In this document: piece after piece, positions 20,462-30,315 of the stretch
How the letters are laid out: the number at the start of each line of letters is the position of its first letter
Numbering within the stretch: the first letter of the stretch is position 1
Assembly (NCBI GenBank): GCA_020027215.1
Contig: JAHRAO010000038.1
Coordinates: 30,179-94,178, forward strand
DNA length: 64,000 bases
Direction: 5' to 3'
From: Gammaproteobacteria bacterium
GTDB taxonomy: Bacteria > Pseudomonadota > Gammaproteobacteria > JABABF01 > JAHRAO01
Translations under genes and position numbers: made by a program
The notes under the pieces: model-generated
Told to the model about the DNA's origin: nothing
Database searches by the model: none
The model's input: the letters and a program-made list of their open reading frames with translations, nothing else

Positions 20462-21175
20462 TTATGCCGCGGTAAATATTTCATCCAGAAAAGATAACAT
20501 AGCGTGCCACGATCGCTGCGCTGTAAGTGGATGATAGACCATGCCTCTATCGGGATAGTTCATTGCTGGGTTGGTAAATGAATGCATGGCGTTACCGTAA
20601 GTATAAAGCTGCCAGTCCACATTTTTACTGGACATCTCTTCGCTAAATGCGATCACTTGTTCGACTGGGACTCGCGGATCGTTGCCGCCATGGAGTGCGA
20701 GTACTTTGCTGTATATTGGCTGAGGTGGTAATGGCGGTGCGGAGAGATTTCCATGAAAACTCACCACGCCAGCCATGCGCGCTCCGCTGCGCGCAAGATC
20801 TAGCATAGTCAAACCACCAAAACAATAACCGATACCCGCTATTTGTCCATTTGTGCGCGCAATAGTTTGTGCGGCGGTCAGTGCGGCAGTTGCCCGTTGT
20901 AATAATAAAGTACGATCGCGCAAAAACACATCCATCAAGGCAAATTTTTCATCAAAAGAGCGCCCATTTTTCCCATCACCATAAATATCAATAGCAAAAC
21001 CGATATACCCGTTTTCGGCAAGTGCTTCAGCGCGTTGGCGCTCAAAATCGGTGCAACCGCTAAGCGCATGTCCGACTAAAACAACGGGGGCAGGTGTGTT
21101 TCCATCTGGCGTAGCAATGTATCCATGACAATCTTGCTGTCCATCTTGATATTTATAGGTCATTGTTTGGGGCAT
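20462..21175 (-). CDS. Dienelactone hydrolase family protein
   Basis: Alpha/beta-hydrolase fold with a GYCFGG nucleophile elbow and a DLH-family pattern. 237 aa. Confidence 0.7.
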   Translation of the reverse strand: MPQTMTYKYQDGQQDCHGYIATPDGNTPAPVVLVGHALSGCTDFERQRAEALAENGYIGFAIDIYGDGKNGRSFDEKFALMDVFLRDRTLLLQRATAALTAAQTIARTNGQIAGIGYCFGGLTMLDLARSGARMAGVVSFHGNLSAPPLPPQPIYSKVLALHGGNDPRVPVEQVIAFSEEMSSKNVDWQLYTYGNAMHSFTNPAMNYPDRGMVYHPLTAQRSWHAMLSFLDEIFTAA

Positions 21176-21250
21176 AATGTGAGTGTCCGATATTGATTTT
21201 TATATTGTTTCTTCCTATTTTACAATATTGATATACAGGGGGCACGCGGT

Positions 21251-21279
21251 TTGTAATTGATGTGCTTTAGTGTTATAAT
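21251..21279 (+). promoter_or_regulatory. Predicted sigma70 promoter for the EGKCG-peptide operon (TTGTAA-17 bp-TATAAT)
   Basis: -35 TTGTAA at 21251-21256. Exactly 17 bp of spacer. -10 TATAAT at 21274-21279. About 75 bp upstream of the precursor ATG. Confidence 0.55.
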
Positions 21280-21353
21280 GAAAAAATTGTGCTTTTAGGG
21301 AAGTTACTCTCATTAGCATTGTGTTAATAATTGAAAATTAGGTGTAATTAATA

Positions 21354-21656
21354 ATGAGTAAAGAAAATAATTTGAATAAAAAAAGCTTGGCTGTTGCCTT
21401 AGGCTCAGTATTCCTTGCTTCTTCCATTGTTCCGTTAGCGAGCGCAGAAAGTACTAATCCTTTCCAAGCAGAGTCACTACAGCATGGTTATGAAGAAGTG
21501 AATTATGGCAGCAAAGCGCCCAAAGGTGAAGAAGGGAAATGTGGTGAAGGCAAATGCGGCGACAAGAAGAAAGGCGAAGGGAAATGTGGTGAAGGCAAAT
21601 GTGGTGACAAGAAGAAAGGCGAAGGGAAGTGCGGCGAGGGCAAATGCGGCCACTAA
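21354..21656 (+). CDS. Secreted RiPP precursor of the Hvf/bufferin type, with tandem EGKCG repeats
   Basis: Sec signal peptide MSKENNLNKKSLAVALGSVFLASSIVPLASA. The core is KGEEGKCGEGKCGDKKK GEGKCGEGKCGDKKK GEGKCGEGKCGH: six Cys, each in an EGKCG motif. It lies immediately upstream of a DUF692 gene. Confidence 0.8.
   Translation: MSKENNLNKKSLAVALGSVFLASSIVPLASAESTNPFQAESLQHGYEEVNYGSKAPKGEEGKCGEGKCGDKKKGEGKCGEGKCGDKKKGEGKCGEGKCGH
21525..21653 (+). repeat. 2.8 tandem copies of a 45-bp unit encoding GEGKCGEGKCGDKKK
   Basis: Copy A 21525-21572 (48 bp, one extra GAA codon). Copy B 21573-21617. Partial copy C 21618-21653. Nucleotide identity between copies is over 90%. Confidence 0.9.
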
Positions 21657-22507
21657 AAGAAGCTGCTACAGTTGTTTCCGGATCTGGGTTAGGCTTAAGA
21701 CGTGATTTCATCACTGACATATTGACCCAGCTTCCGGAGCAAGTGGATTTCATGGAAGTTGCTCCTGAAAACTGGATAGGGATCGGGGGACAGCATGGAA
21801 AACAATTCAGTGCTCTTGCCGAGCATTATCCGATTACGCTACATGGCTTATCGCTCAACATTGGAGGACCAGATCCTTTAGATACAAAACTGATTGATAA
21901 TATTCGCCAATTTATTGATCGCTATCAATGTCCTTTTTACTCCGAACATCTCACTGCCTGTGGGGATCATGGGCACTTGTATGATTTAATGCCGTTGCCT
22001 TTTACCGAAGAGGCGGTGCACTATGTTGCCGAACGAGTGAAAGAAGTACAGGATAGGTTAGGGATGCGTATAGCCTTGGAAAACGCTTCGTACTATACAG
22101 CGTTACAACAAGATTTAAGTGAAAGTGATTTTATCTGTGCAGTATTAAAAGAAGCGGATTGCGATCTGTTGCTGGATATCAACAATATATATGTCAATAG
22201 CGTCAATCATTCGTATGATCCAATTCAATTCTTACGCCGCCTACCCGTGGAACGGGCTATTTATTTCCATATTGCGGGACATTACCGCGAGGCAGAGGAT
22301 TTGCGTATCGATACGCATGGGGCAGATGTGTTAGCAAGAGTGTGGTTTTTGTTGGAAGAAGCCTACCGTCTATTTGGTAGTCAACCGACCTTACTAGAAC
22401 GAGATTTTAATATTCCCCCCTTAGAAACGCTGTTGCTGGAAGTTGAGAGAGTGCGGGCTTTACAGTCCTGTTATTCAGATGACTACAGCTTGCAAGCCGC
22501 GTTATAA
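21629..22507 (+). CDS. DUF692 (UPF0276) multinuclear non-heme iron oxidase (MNIO), MbnB/HvfB/BufB family
   Basis: GLGLRRDFITDIL...DFMEVAPENW...YPITLHGLSLNIGGPDPLD...YSEHL is the canonical DUF692 TIM-barrel pattern. Start is uncertain: the ATG at 21629 overlaps the precursor by 28 nt. Confidence 0.8.
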   Translation: MRRGQMRPLKEAATVVSGSGLGLRRDFITDILTQLPEQVDFMEVAPENWIGIGGQHGKQFSALAEHYPITLHGLSLNIGGPDPLDTKLIDNIRQFIDRYQCPFYSEHLTACGDHGHLYDLMPLPFTEEAVHYVAERVKEVQDRLGMRIALENASYYTALQQDLSESDFICAVLKEADCDLLLDINNIYVNSVNHSYDPIQFLRRLPVERAIYFHIAGHYREAEDLRIDTHGADVLARVWFLLEEAYRLFGSQPTLLERDFNIPPLETLLLEVERVRALQSCYSDDYSLQAAL

Positions 22508-23246
22508 TTTTCAGAAAATACAAGCGCATTTTTCAGCATATTTGCGTGATCCAGAAAACACGCCACCCCCTCCACGTATTCAAGCGCGGCGCTTAAAAAT
22601 TTACAATGATTTATTTTTCAATAATATGTCCAACTTTTTATCTAACGGGTTCCCTGTATTGCGTAAGTTATATCACGACAATGATTGGAACGCGTTGGTG
22701 CGCAATTTTATGCGCGTACACCGTTGCGCGACACCTTATTTTGCCCAAATAGGTCAAGAATTTGTTGCTTACCTACAACACACACATGCCTCCACTCCAG
22801 CTGACCCTCCTTTCCTTATTGAATTGGCTCACTATGAATGGATTGAAACGGCGTTACAATGTGCTGAAGAAGATATACACGGCATAAGCGTTAACCGGGA
22901 TGGCCATTTGTTACAAGAGCGTCCAGTGCTTTCGCCTTTGGTTGTTTCGCTCGTTTATCAGTATCCTGTGCACCAAATTAGCCCCTCATGCCGTCCAGAA
23001 CACCCGTCAGCAACTCCACACTATTTACTTGTTTATCGTGATCGCGCCGATACGGTGCAATTTATGGAAATTAATGATGTGACTGCAGGTTTAATTAGTA
23101 GATTGCAAGAAAATACTCATTTCACCGGAGCAAGAGTACTCCAAGATCTCGCCCACCAGATGAACCAAGATGATGTTTGTCAACATGGAGCGAATATGTT
23201 GTCTTTATTGCGGGAAAAAGATATTCTTTTGGGAACAGCACCATAA
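22479..23246 (+). CDS. DUF2063 partner protein of the MNIO (HvfC/BufC-like)
   Basis: The N-terminus FQKIQAHFSAYLRDPENTPPP matches the conserved DUF2063 start. It overlaps the 3' end of the MNIO gene. The ORF-table start at 22443 is probably too far upstream. Confidence 0.7.
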   Translation: MTTACKPRYNFQKIQAHFSAYLRDPENTPPPPRIQARRLKIYNDLFFNNMSNFLSNGFPVLRKLYHDNDWNALVRNFMRVHRCATPYFAQIGQEFVAYLQHTHASTPADPPFLIELAHYEWIETALQCAEEDIHGISVNRDGHLLQERPVLSPLVVSLVYQYPVHQISPSCRPEHPSATPHYLLVYRDRADTVQFMEINDVTAGLISRLQENTHFTGARVLQDLAHQMNQDDVCQHGANMLSLLREKDILLGTAP

Positions 23247-23250
23247 AAAC

Positions 23251-24015
23251 ATGCAAGTGTCATCGCTGGTTTTACTCATACTGTTAGCCTGCTTAGCGCT
23301 GACTGGATGTGCAAGCCAGCCCGAGCAGGCTAGCGAAGAAGAAGAGTATAGTGTCGGCGATCCTTGGGAAAATTGGAATCGTAAAACACTGAAATTTAAT
23401 TTATGGCTTGATCGTTGGTTCTTGAAACCGCTTGCGAAAGGATATCATTACGTTACGCCCAATATAGTTAACCGCGGGGTAACCAATTTTTTCAATAACT
23501 TAAGCGAGAGTACAAATATGGTGAACAACCTCTTGCAGGGAAAAATAAAAAATACTTTTGTGAGCTTGGGACGTTTCTTGATTAACACCACTATCGGGGT
23601 TGGTGGTTTATTTGATGTGGCGACAAAAATAAAGTTAGAAGAGAAATCAGAGGATTTTGGACAAACTTTAGCCACATGGGGAGTGCCATCAGGCCCTTAT
23701 TTAATGTTGCCGTTTTTTGGTCCGGCGACTTTACGCGATGGTTTGACCAAGATCCCCGATTGGTATACTGACCCCGCCACATATGTTGAACCGGGTCAGG
23801 ATAATATTGGCTTGCGGTTATTGTATTATACCGATCAGCGGGCTGATTTATTAAACCTTGACTCGCTCCTTGATGCAAATCAATATACATTAATTCGTGA
23901 AGTTTATTTACAACACCGTGCTGATCAATTACGCGATGGTGTTGATGATTTGGAGGGAGATGATGATAACGATGAGGCGGAGGAAACGGAGGAAGATTAT
24001 ATTGATGACTTTTAG
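23251..24015 (+). CDS. mlaA: Outer-membrane lipoprotein MlaA/VacJ
   Basis: Lipobox LLACLALTGC, then DPWENWNRKTLKFNLWLDRWFLKPLAKGY, the MlaA signature. Unusual acidic C-terminal tail DDLEGDDDNDEAEETEEDYIDDF. Confidence 0.8.
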   Translation: MQVSSLVLLILLACLALTGCASQPEQASEEEEYSVGDPWENWNRKTLKFNLWLDRWFLKPLAKGYHYVTPNIVNRGVTNFFNNLSESTNMVNNLLQGKIKNTFVSLGRFLINTTIGVGGLFDVATKIKLEEKSEDFGQTLATWGVPSGPYLMLPFFGPATLRDGLTKIPDWYTDPATYVEPGQDNIGLRLLYYTDQRADLLNLDSLLDANQYTLIREVYLQHRADQLRDGVDDLEGDDDNDEAEETEEDYIDDF

Positions 24016-24036
24016 ACATTTATTTGCCACATTGCG

Positions 24037-25524
24037 ATGAATGCGCGCACGCGCGTTGCGCCATCTCCCACAGGCGCCCCTCATTTGGGAACGGCCTACA
24101 TTGCTCTGTTTAATTTGTGTTTTGCAAAGCAACATGGCGGTGATTTCGTATTGCGTATAGAGGATACAGATCGCGATCGTGTCCATCAACGTTATGAAAA
24201 ACAATTATTAGAATCGTTCCATTGGTTGGGCCTCACTTGGGATGAAGGGCCTGATAGAGGCGGGGATTATGCACCTTATCGCCAAAGTGAACGCTATGCG
24301 CTTTATCGCCAATACGCTGAGCAGTTACTGGAAAAAGAACATGCGTTTTATTGTTTTGCAAGCGCAGAAGAACTGGCTCATATGCGTTGTGAACAATTGG
24401 CGCGGGGGGAAACCCCGCGTTACGATGGACGAGGATTATCATTATCAAAAGCGGAGATTCAACGCCGCTTATGCGCTCACGAGCCGTATGTATTGCGGCT
24501 AAAAGTGCCTGAAGATGGAACTGCGATAATGCATGATCAATTGCGCGGACGCATAGAAATTGAGTGGTCGCAGGTGGATATGCAAGTGTTGTTAAAATCG
24601 GATGGAAGCCCAACCTATCATTTAGCAAATGTGGTTGATGATCATCTAATGTGTATCACCGATGTCATTCGTGGCGAAGAGTGGATTAATTCTACCCCTA
24701 AACACCTCTTGTTATACGACTATTTAGGTTGGCAACCCCCAAAATATTGGCACTTACCCTTGTTACGCCATCCCGACAAGAGCAAATTGAGTAAGCGGCG
24801 TGCCCCAACGGGCATTTTGTATTATCGTGATGTAGGGTATATGCCCGCAGCACTACTCAATTATCTCGGGCGTATGGGATGGTCAATGCCCGATGAACGA
24901 GAAAAATTTACTTTGTCTGAAATGATTGAACACTTTGATATGACGCGCATATCTTTGGGTGGACCTATCTTTGATAGCGCGAAATTGAATTGGTTAAATG
25001 GTGTATGGTTACGCGAATTGGATGATGCGACCCTGCTCGCTGACTACAAAAAATGGCTGGATCAACGAAATATATTGCCCGCTGTGGCAACACCGCTGCG
25101 CACGGGTATTAATAAATTATCAGATATTCCAGAAAAAATACTATTTTTATATCAAGGGGATATCGCACTTGTTGCGGATGACTTTACCACCAGTCATGAG
25201 CGCTCTTTGGAGATAGTGCAATTCGCTTATTGGCATTTAGAGCGCTGTCACGAATGGAATGCAGAAAATATCTTTGCGACTCTGCAAACATTAGCAACCG
25301 CCATGCAGTTGGGATTGAATGATTTTTTTTCCGCCATTTTTGTTGCGGTGAGTGGTAAACGGGATGCTCTTGAAATTACAGTGTCTATGGCGGCTCTCGG
25401 ACAGGAAGTTTCGCTTTCCCGTTTGCGTACTGCGGTATTAGTGTTGGGCGGCGGATCAAAAAAAAAGAGTCGAGCGTTGGAAAAAAAATACCATCAGTTA
25501 ATTGGCGACTCTTTGACCTCTTAA
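24037..25524 (+). CDS. gltX: Glutamate--tRNA ligase
   Basis: APSPTGAPHLG (HIGH region), KLSKR (KMSKS), full length 495 aa. Confidence 0.85.
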   Translation: MNARTRVAPSPTGAPHLGTAYIALFNLCFAKQHGGDFVLRIEDTDRDRVHQRYEKQLLESFHWLGLTWDEGPDRGGDYAPYRQSERYALYRQYAEQLLEKEHAFYCFASAEELAHMRCEQLARGETPRYDGRGLSLSKAEIQRRLCAHEPYVLRLKVPEDGTAIMHDQLRGRIEIEWSQVDMQVLLKSDGSPTYHLANVVDDHLMCITDVIRGEEWINSTPKHLLLYDYLGWQPPKYWHLPLLRHPDKSKLSKRRAPTGILYYRDVGYMPAALLNYLGRMGWSMPDEREKFTLSEMIEHFDMTRISLGGPIFDSAKLNWLNGVWLRELDDATLLADYKKWLDQRNILPAVATPLRTGINKLSDIPEKILFLYQGDIALVADDFTTSHERSLEIVQFAYWHLERCHEWNAENIFATLQTLATAMQLGLNDFFSAIFVAVSGKRDALEITVSMAALGQEVSLSRLRTAVLVLGGGSKKKSRALEKKYHQLIGDSLTS

Positions 25525-25578
25525 CCCCTTGTATAATAGGCACGTGTATTCTCCTCAAGTAAAGTTACGAATAAATGC

Positions 25579-25803
25579 ATGATGGCAAGTGATATGATGT
25601 GGCAAGGAGTGGTTTTAATGATTGCCGGTATGGTCACGGTGTTTTCTTTTTTAATTATATTAATACTGTGTTTACACGCTATGTCGGCTATACTGTCGCG
25701 TTTTCCAGATCCCTTATCCACGGGCGCGCAGCTCCCTCAACCCGATCCACGAAAAATTATTGCTGCCGCCACGGCAGTGCATATGGTGCGTCACCGTAAA
25801 TGA
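25579..25803 (+). CDS. oadG: Oxaloacetate decarboxylase gamma subunit
   Basis: 74-aa single-TM protein. It directly precedes oadA, with an ATGA overlap. Confidence 0.6.
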   Translation: MMASDMMWQGVVLMIAGMVTVFSFLIILILCLHAMSAILSRFPDPLSTGAQLPQPDPRKIIAAATAVHMVRHRK

Positions 25804-27578
25804 ACTCTATGCAAAAAAATCCTTTACAAATTACTGAAGTTGTTTTACGCGATGGACACCAATCCTTGCTCGCCACTCGCTTGCGTTTAGACGATATGTT
25901 ACCCATTGCCGAAAAGTTAGATCAAGTGGGATTTTGGTCTTTGGAAACTTGGGGCGGCGCAGTTTTTGATGCGTGTATCCGCTACTTAGGTGAAGATCCA
26001 TGGGAACGTCTGCGCGAACTCAGAAAGGTCTTGCGCCATACACCGCAGCAGATGCTCCTGCGCGGGCAAAATCTTCTCGGTTATCGCCATTATGCCGATG
26101 ATGTGGTCGATAAATTCGTTGAAAGGGCAATAGAAAATGGAGTCAGCATATTCCGCATTTTTGACGCCATGAATGATCCGCGCAATTTAGAGCGATCAAT
26201 TAGTGCGGTATTAAAACAAGGCCAGCACGCACAAGGAACGATCGCTTATACGACGAGTTCGGTGCATACTATAGAGAGCTGGATGGAGTTGGCACATCGC
26301 ATCAGCGATTTAGGCGTGCATTCATTAGCCATTAAAGATATGGCGGGCTTATTGGGCCCATACCAAGCTTATGAGTTAGTGAGTCGACTCAAAAAAGAGC
26401 TGACTATTCCGATCCACATGCAATGTCATGCAACCACTGGCTTTTCCACTCCAGCTATCTTGAAGGCGGTTGAAGCGGGCATTGATAATGTGGATACCTC
26501 TATTTCTTCTATGAGCATGACTTACGGTCATTCGGCTACTGAAACAGTGGTCGCTATGTTTGCCGACATGCCTTGCGACACGGGCTTGTCTTTGCCTCTG
26601 TTAGAAGAGATTGCTTTATATTTTCGCGATGTGCGTGAAAAATATGCCCAATTTGAAGGTAAATTACGTGCGGTAGATGTGCGCATACTCACTGCACAGG
26701 TTCCCGGCGGTATGCTAACCAATATGGAAAACCAACTGCGCGAGCAAAATGCCACAGACCGTTTTGATGAAGTGCTCACTGAAATTCCAGCAGTGCGTAA
26801 AGATTTGGGATTTATCCCTCTAGTGACCCCGACTTCACAAATTGTAGGCACCCAAGCGGTAATGAATGTATTATCCGGCGAACGATATAAAATGATTTCA
26901 AAGGAAGTTGCCGCTATTCTTAAGGGAGAATACGGGGCAACACCCGCCGCGATGGATGAAAAATTACAAAAACGTGTATTGGAGGATGCCGCTGCAATTA
27001 CGTGCCGTCCTGCAGATCTTTTGCCGGATGAATGGCAAAAGCTATACGATGAATTGCATCGCACCAGTGTTGAAAAAAATATTCAACTCGCCCACTGTGC
27101 GGATGAAGATGTGCTCATCTATGCTTTATTTCCCCAAATAGGGCTCAATTTTTTGGCGCATCGCGGGGATGCCAGTGCATTTGAATCACCTCCCGGTACA
27201 CCGCAAGAGATAAAAGATAGGGCGCCGAATCAATCTGCACCCTCCACGAGTGAATCCTATCAAGTCCTCTTGGATGGTCAACAGTATCAGGTAATGGTTC
27301 TTCCCGATACCCAGCCCGCTCCACCATCAGACCAGCAGGCACCATCCGCTGCTGGCGCGCAGCAACAAAATGTCATGAGTGCTCCTTTAGCCGGCAATGT
27401 CTTTAATGTGCTTGTCCAGCCAGGGGATCGCATTACACAAGGACAAGTATTATTCATTTTAGAAGCAATGAAGATGGAAACTGAAATACGTGCCGAGGGG
27501 GATGGCGTCGTTCAATCTATTGCGGTGAAGACAGGTGATAAGGTCAATGTGGGCGATACTTTAATTCACTGGGCTTAA
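25800..27578 (+). CDS. oadA: Oxaloacetate decarboxylase alpha subunit (carboxyltransferase plus biotin carrier)
   Basis: N-terminal pyruvate-carboxylase-like carboxyltransferase domain. C-terminal biotinyl domain with EAMKMETEI. 592 aa. Confidence 0.8.
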   Translation: MNSMQKNPLQITEVVLRDGHQSLLATRLRLDDMLPIAEKLDQVGFWSLETWGGAVFDACIRYLGEDPWERLRELRKVLRHTPQQMLLRGQNLLGYRHYADDVVDKFVERAIENGVSIFRIFDAMNDPRNLERSISAVLKQGQHAQGTIAYTTSSVHTIESWMELAHRISDLGVHSLAIKDMAGLLGPYQAYELVSRLKKELTIPIHMQCHATTGFSTPAILKAVEAGIDNVDTSISSMSMTYGHSATETVVAMFADMPCDTGLSLPLLEEIALYFRDVREKYAQFEGKLRAVDVRILTAQVPGGMLTNMENQLREQNATDRFDEVLTEIPAVRKDLGFIPLVTPTSQIVGTQAVMNVLSGERYKMISKEVAAILKGEYGATPAAMDEKLQKRVLEDAAAITCRPADLLPDEWQKLYDELHRTSVEKNIQLAHCADEDVLIYALFPQIGLNFLAHRGDASAFESPPGTPQEIKDRAPNQSAPSTSESYQVLLDGQQYQVMVLPDTQPAPPSDQQAPSAAGAQQQNVMSAPLAGNVFNVLVQPGDRITQGQVLFILEAMKMETEIRAEGDGVVQSIAVKTGDKVNVGDTLIHWA

Positions 27579-27583
27579 ACCCT

Positions 27584-28750
27584 ATGGATATACTGTATCA
27601 GCTATGGCTACAGAGCGGACTGAGTCAACTGGAATGGGGGCATGGAGCCATGATCGGCATAGGATGCCTATTGTTATACTTGGCGATTGTGCATCGTTTT
27701 GAACCTCTCTTGCTTGTCCCGATTGGTTTTGGCGCACTCTTAATTAACATCCCGAGTAGCGGTTTTGACACCCCGCCTCTCTACGATCTTGCCGGATCCT
27801 TGCAATCGCCGGGAGGATTGATGTATTACATCTATAATGTCGGTATTGTCACTGGGGTCTTTCCGTTAATTATTTTTATGGGAGTGGGTGCTTTAACTGA
27901 CTTTGGCCCCCTCTTAGCTCACCCTAAAACATTGCTGTTAGGTGCTGCGGCACAATTTGGTATTTTTATTACCGTTCTCGGTTCGCTCGCCCTCAATTAT
28001 TTTGGCATTATTGAATTTACTTTACGTGAAGCGGCGGCAATCGGGATCATCGGTGGCGCCGACGGTCCCACCGCTATTTTTGTGGCGAGCAAGTTAGCCC
28101 CTGACTTGTTAGCGCCTATCGCCATAGCCGCTTATTCGTATATGGCAATGGTGCCTATTATTCAGCCACCGATTATGCGCGCTTTGACGACTGCAAAGGA
28201 GCGCCAAATTAAGATGGTGCAATTAAGGGAAGTGTCTCGCCGCGAGAAGATTATATTTCCATTATTACTACTGGGGTTAGTTGCCTTACTTTTACCGAGC
28301 GCAACTCCTTTATTGGGCATGTTCTGTTTAGGTAATTTAATCCGTGAATGCGGTGTCGTGGAACGGCTCAATCAGACGGTGCAAAATGCACTGATTAATA
28401 CGACGACTATATTTTTGGGTATAGGTATCGGTTCAAGAATGCATGCCGATTTATTTTTGAATGCCAAAACCTTGGGCATATTATTGTTAGGTGCCGTTGC
28501 TTTTTCTATCGGTACGGCAACTGGGGTCTTGATGGCAAAATTGATGAATTACTTCTCACGCCAACCCATCAACCCGTTAATTGGTTCGGCAGGCGTATCC
28601 GCTGTGCCGATGGCTGCACGGGTCTCTAATAAAATTGGATTAGAATCAAACCCCAATAACTTTTTATTGATGCATGCTATGGGACCTAATGTTGCCGGAG
28701 TATTAGGGTCGGCAATTGCTGCAGGAATAATGTTAAGTATGCTTAGCTAA
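27584..28750 (+). CDS. oadB: Oxaloacetate decarboxylase beta subunit (Na+-translocating)
   Basis: 388-aa polytopic membrane protein of the OadB/GcdB family, directly downstream of oadA. Confidence 0.75.
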   Translation: MDILYQLWLQSGLSQLEWGHGAMIGIGCLLLYLAIVHRFEPLLLVPIGFGALLINIPSSGFDTPPLYDLAGSLQSPGGLMYYIYNVGIVTGVFPLIIFMGVGALTDFGPLLAHPKTLLLGAAAQFGIFITVLGSLALNYFGIIEFTLREAAAIGIIGGADGPTAIFVASKLAPDLLAPIAIAAYSYMAMVPIIQPPIMRALTTAKERQIKMVQLREVSRREKIIFPLLLLGLVALLLPSATPLLGMFCLGNLIRECGVVERLNQTVQNALINTTTIFLGIGIGSRMHADLFLNAKTLGILLLGAVAFSIGTATGVLMAKLMNYFSRQPINPLIGSAGVSAVPMAARVSNKIGLESNPNNFLLMHAMGPNVAGVLGSAIAAGIMLSMLS

Positions 28751-29819
28751 GTTGCATTTGTGTGGTAAAACGCGTCCAATCATTGGGCAATTGTTTTAAT
28801 ACCGGACGCCAATCCACTATAGGATTGTGTGCGACTTGCTGAAGTATCTCTTGCATCTTTTGCCATAAATCCACTGCCGACAAAGGATTAAAGTAATGCG
28901 CCCGATCTCCTGTCAACCATCGCGCATAGGGTAAATCGGCGCAGAGAATATGCCGCCCACGCACCATAGCCTCTACTAGTGGCACACCATAACTCTCTAA
29001 TAACGAAGGAAAGAATAAAACATCTACTGCGGAATAATGCGTCAGGCATTGCTCGTGGGTCAACCTCCCTAAAGGATGGATCCATTTGTGTTGGCGCAAT
29101 GGAACGCTGAGTTGAATAGGGGATAAAGTGAGATCAAAGCAAAAATATTTGGCAAGTGCATGCGCGCCTATCGCGGCGAGTGGGATGAGTATTTGGTGAT
29201 TTTTGTGGGGAGCGTTGGTTGCGGGGTAAAACAAACGTAGCGGGGCATTTTTTTTGCGCGCAATGCGGGTGAACGGTTGGTATACAGGCGGTGGAGGGGG
29301 ATGAATGGTTATCTTATGAGCGCTTTGAGGATACGAACGCGCCACTTCTTGTGCCATTATCGGCGATGGAACACATAGCTTCTCTACATACTGTAAATTG
29401 CGTGCTAGCAGTCGTCGCGCAATGCGGTAGCGAGTGCGGCGACTACTCTGTTTATTAATGTGTGGATCAATTAAATGTGCATTATGGAGATAGACAATTT
29501 GATGAGGGATACCTTTTAATGGAATATCCCCTAATACGAGCGTCCGCTGGGCGAGATGGAATTTTTTTTGTGACCAGCATAATTCAAAAAAACGGGAAAT
29601 ACTCTGCGGAGCAATGCGCCGATAATGATAAATGCAAAAATCAATTGCGAGTGTATCTTGTACAAATGGATGGTGGGTGGGGAGGTAAAGATATTTATGG
29701 CTGAAATATGGATCTTGGCGCAGTGCTTCCAAGATACGGGTTGCTATAATAGATGCTCCTGAAAATTGTTGAATATTAGTCGCGTGGATGAGAAGGGATG
29801 GAGAGTGCACAACCGGCAT
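28743..29819 (-). CDS. Glycosyltransferase, probably family 4
   Basis: C-terminal [23 protein letters not shown] resembles the GT4 E-x7-E region. 358 aa. Weak overall similarity, judged by eye. Confidence 0.4.
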   Translation of the reverse strand: MPVVHSPSLLIHATNIQQFSGASIIATRILEALRQDPYFSHKYLYLPTHHPFVQDTLAIDFCIYHYRRIAPQSISRFFELCWSQKKFHLAQRTLVLGDIPLKGIPHQIVYLHNAHLIDPHINKQSSRRTRYRIARRLLARNLQYVEKLCVPSPIMAQEVARSYPQSAHKITIHPPPPPVYQPFTRIARKKNAPLRLFYPATNAPHKNHQILIPLAAIGAHALAKYFCFDLTLSPIQLSVPLRQHKWIHPLGRLTHEQCLTHYSAVDVLFFPSLLESYGVPLVEAMVRGRHILCADLPYARWLTGDRAHYFNPLSAVDLWQKMQEILQQVAHNPIVDWRPVLKQLPNDWTRFTTQMQLS

Positions 29820-30057
29820 AATGAAATATGGAAATCGCTGATGACATTATATCTAATTTAGAAGAGAGAGTAAGGATAGTCACCCTTTTAAGATCATCGT
29901 AATACCGACGAGGTCAAAAAAACATTCCGTTTAACAAGTGTCGGTCGTATTCTTATATAATATTAGTCAATGCAATGGCAAGAGAAGAGATAAGGTGTTG
30001 TTGCATTCTGTCCATTGGCGCAATGATTTTTTGTGCTGATCCATAAAACAAACAACA

Positions 30058-30315
30058 ATGACAGACGAATCGCTTAGTTATAAAGTTTTATATTGGCACA
30101 GCCGTAGAGGAATGTTGGAGTTAGATATTCTGCTGCTGTCATTTGCCCGCTACTCTCTCGCTTCACTCTCCGCCACTGATTGCGAGACCTATCGTCAATT
30201 ACTGGCGTGCGAAGATACCGAGCTTTACGATTGGTTGGTGAAAAAAAACCTACCCCCCGATAAACAAATGCAATCTATGATTAAGCGTATTTTGCGCACA
30301 TATCGCCTTGATTGA
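30058..30315 (+). CDS. sdhE: FAD assembly factor SdhE (CptB-type antitoxin)
   Basis: 85 aa. YWHSRRGMLELDILLLSF...CEDTELYDWL matches the SdhE/YgfY family. Confidence 0.8.
   Translation: MTDESLSYKVLYWHSRRGMLELDILLLSFARYSLASLSATDCETYRQLLACEDTELYDWLVKKNLPPDKQMQSMIKRILRTYRLD

Noticed and set aside
21454-21753. 99-aa minus-strand ORF and 66-aa plus-strand ORF (21505-21705) overlapping the EGKCG peptide gene.
   Set aside because: They are frame-shifted or antisense readings of the 45-bp tandem repeat. Low-complexity R/S/C-rich translations with no start context. The signal-peptide-bearing + frame is the real gene.
26528-27064. 178-aa antisense ORF inside oadA. Similar antisense ORFs lie in acnA (2424-2933), dnaX (35743-36117), the flippase (52920-53297) and thrS.
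   Set aside because: They are embedded in strongly supported genes and have no RBS or homology. Long antisense ORFs are expected at this GC content.
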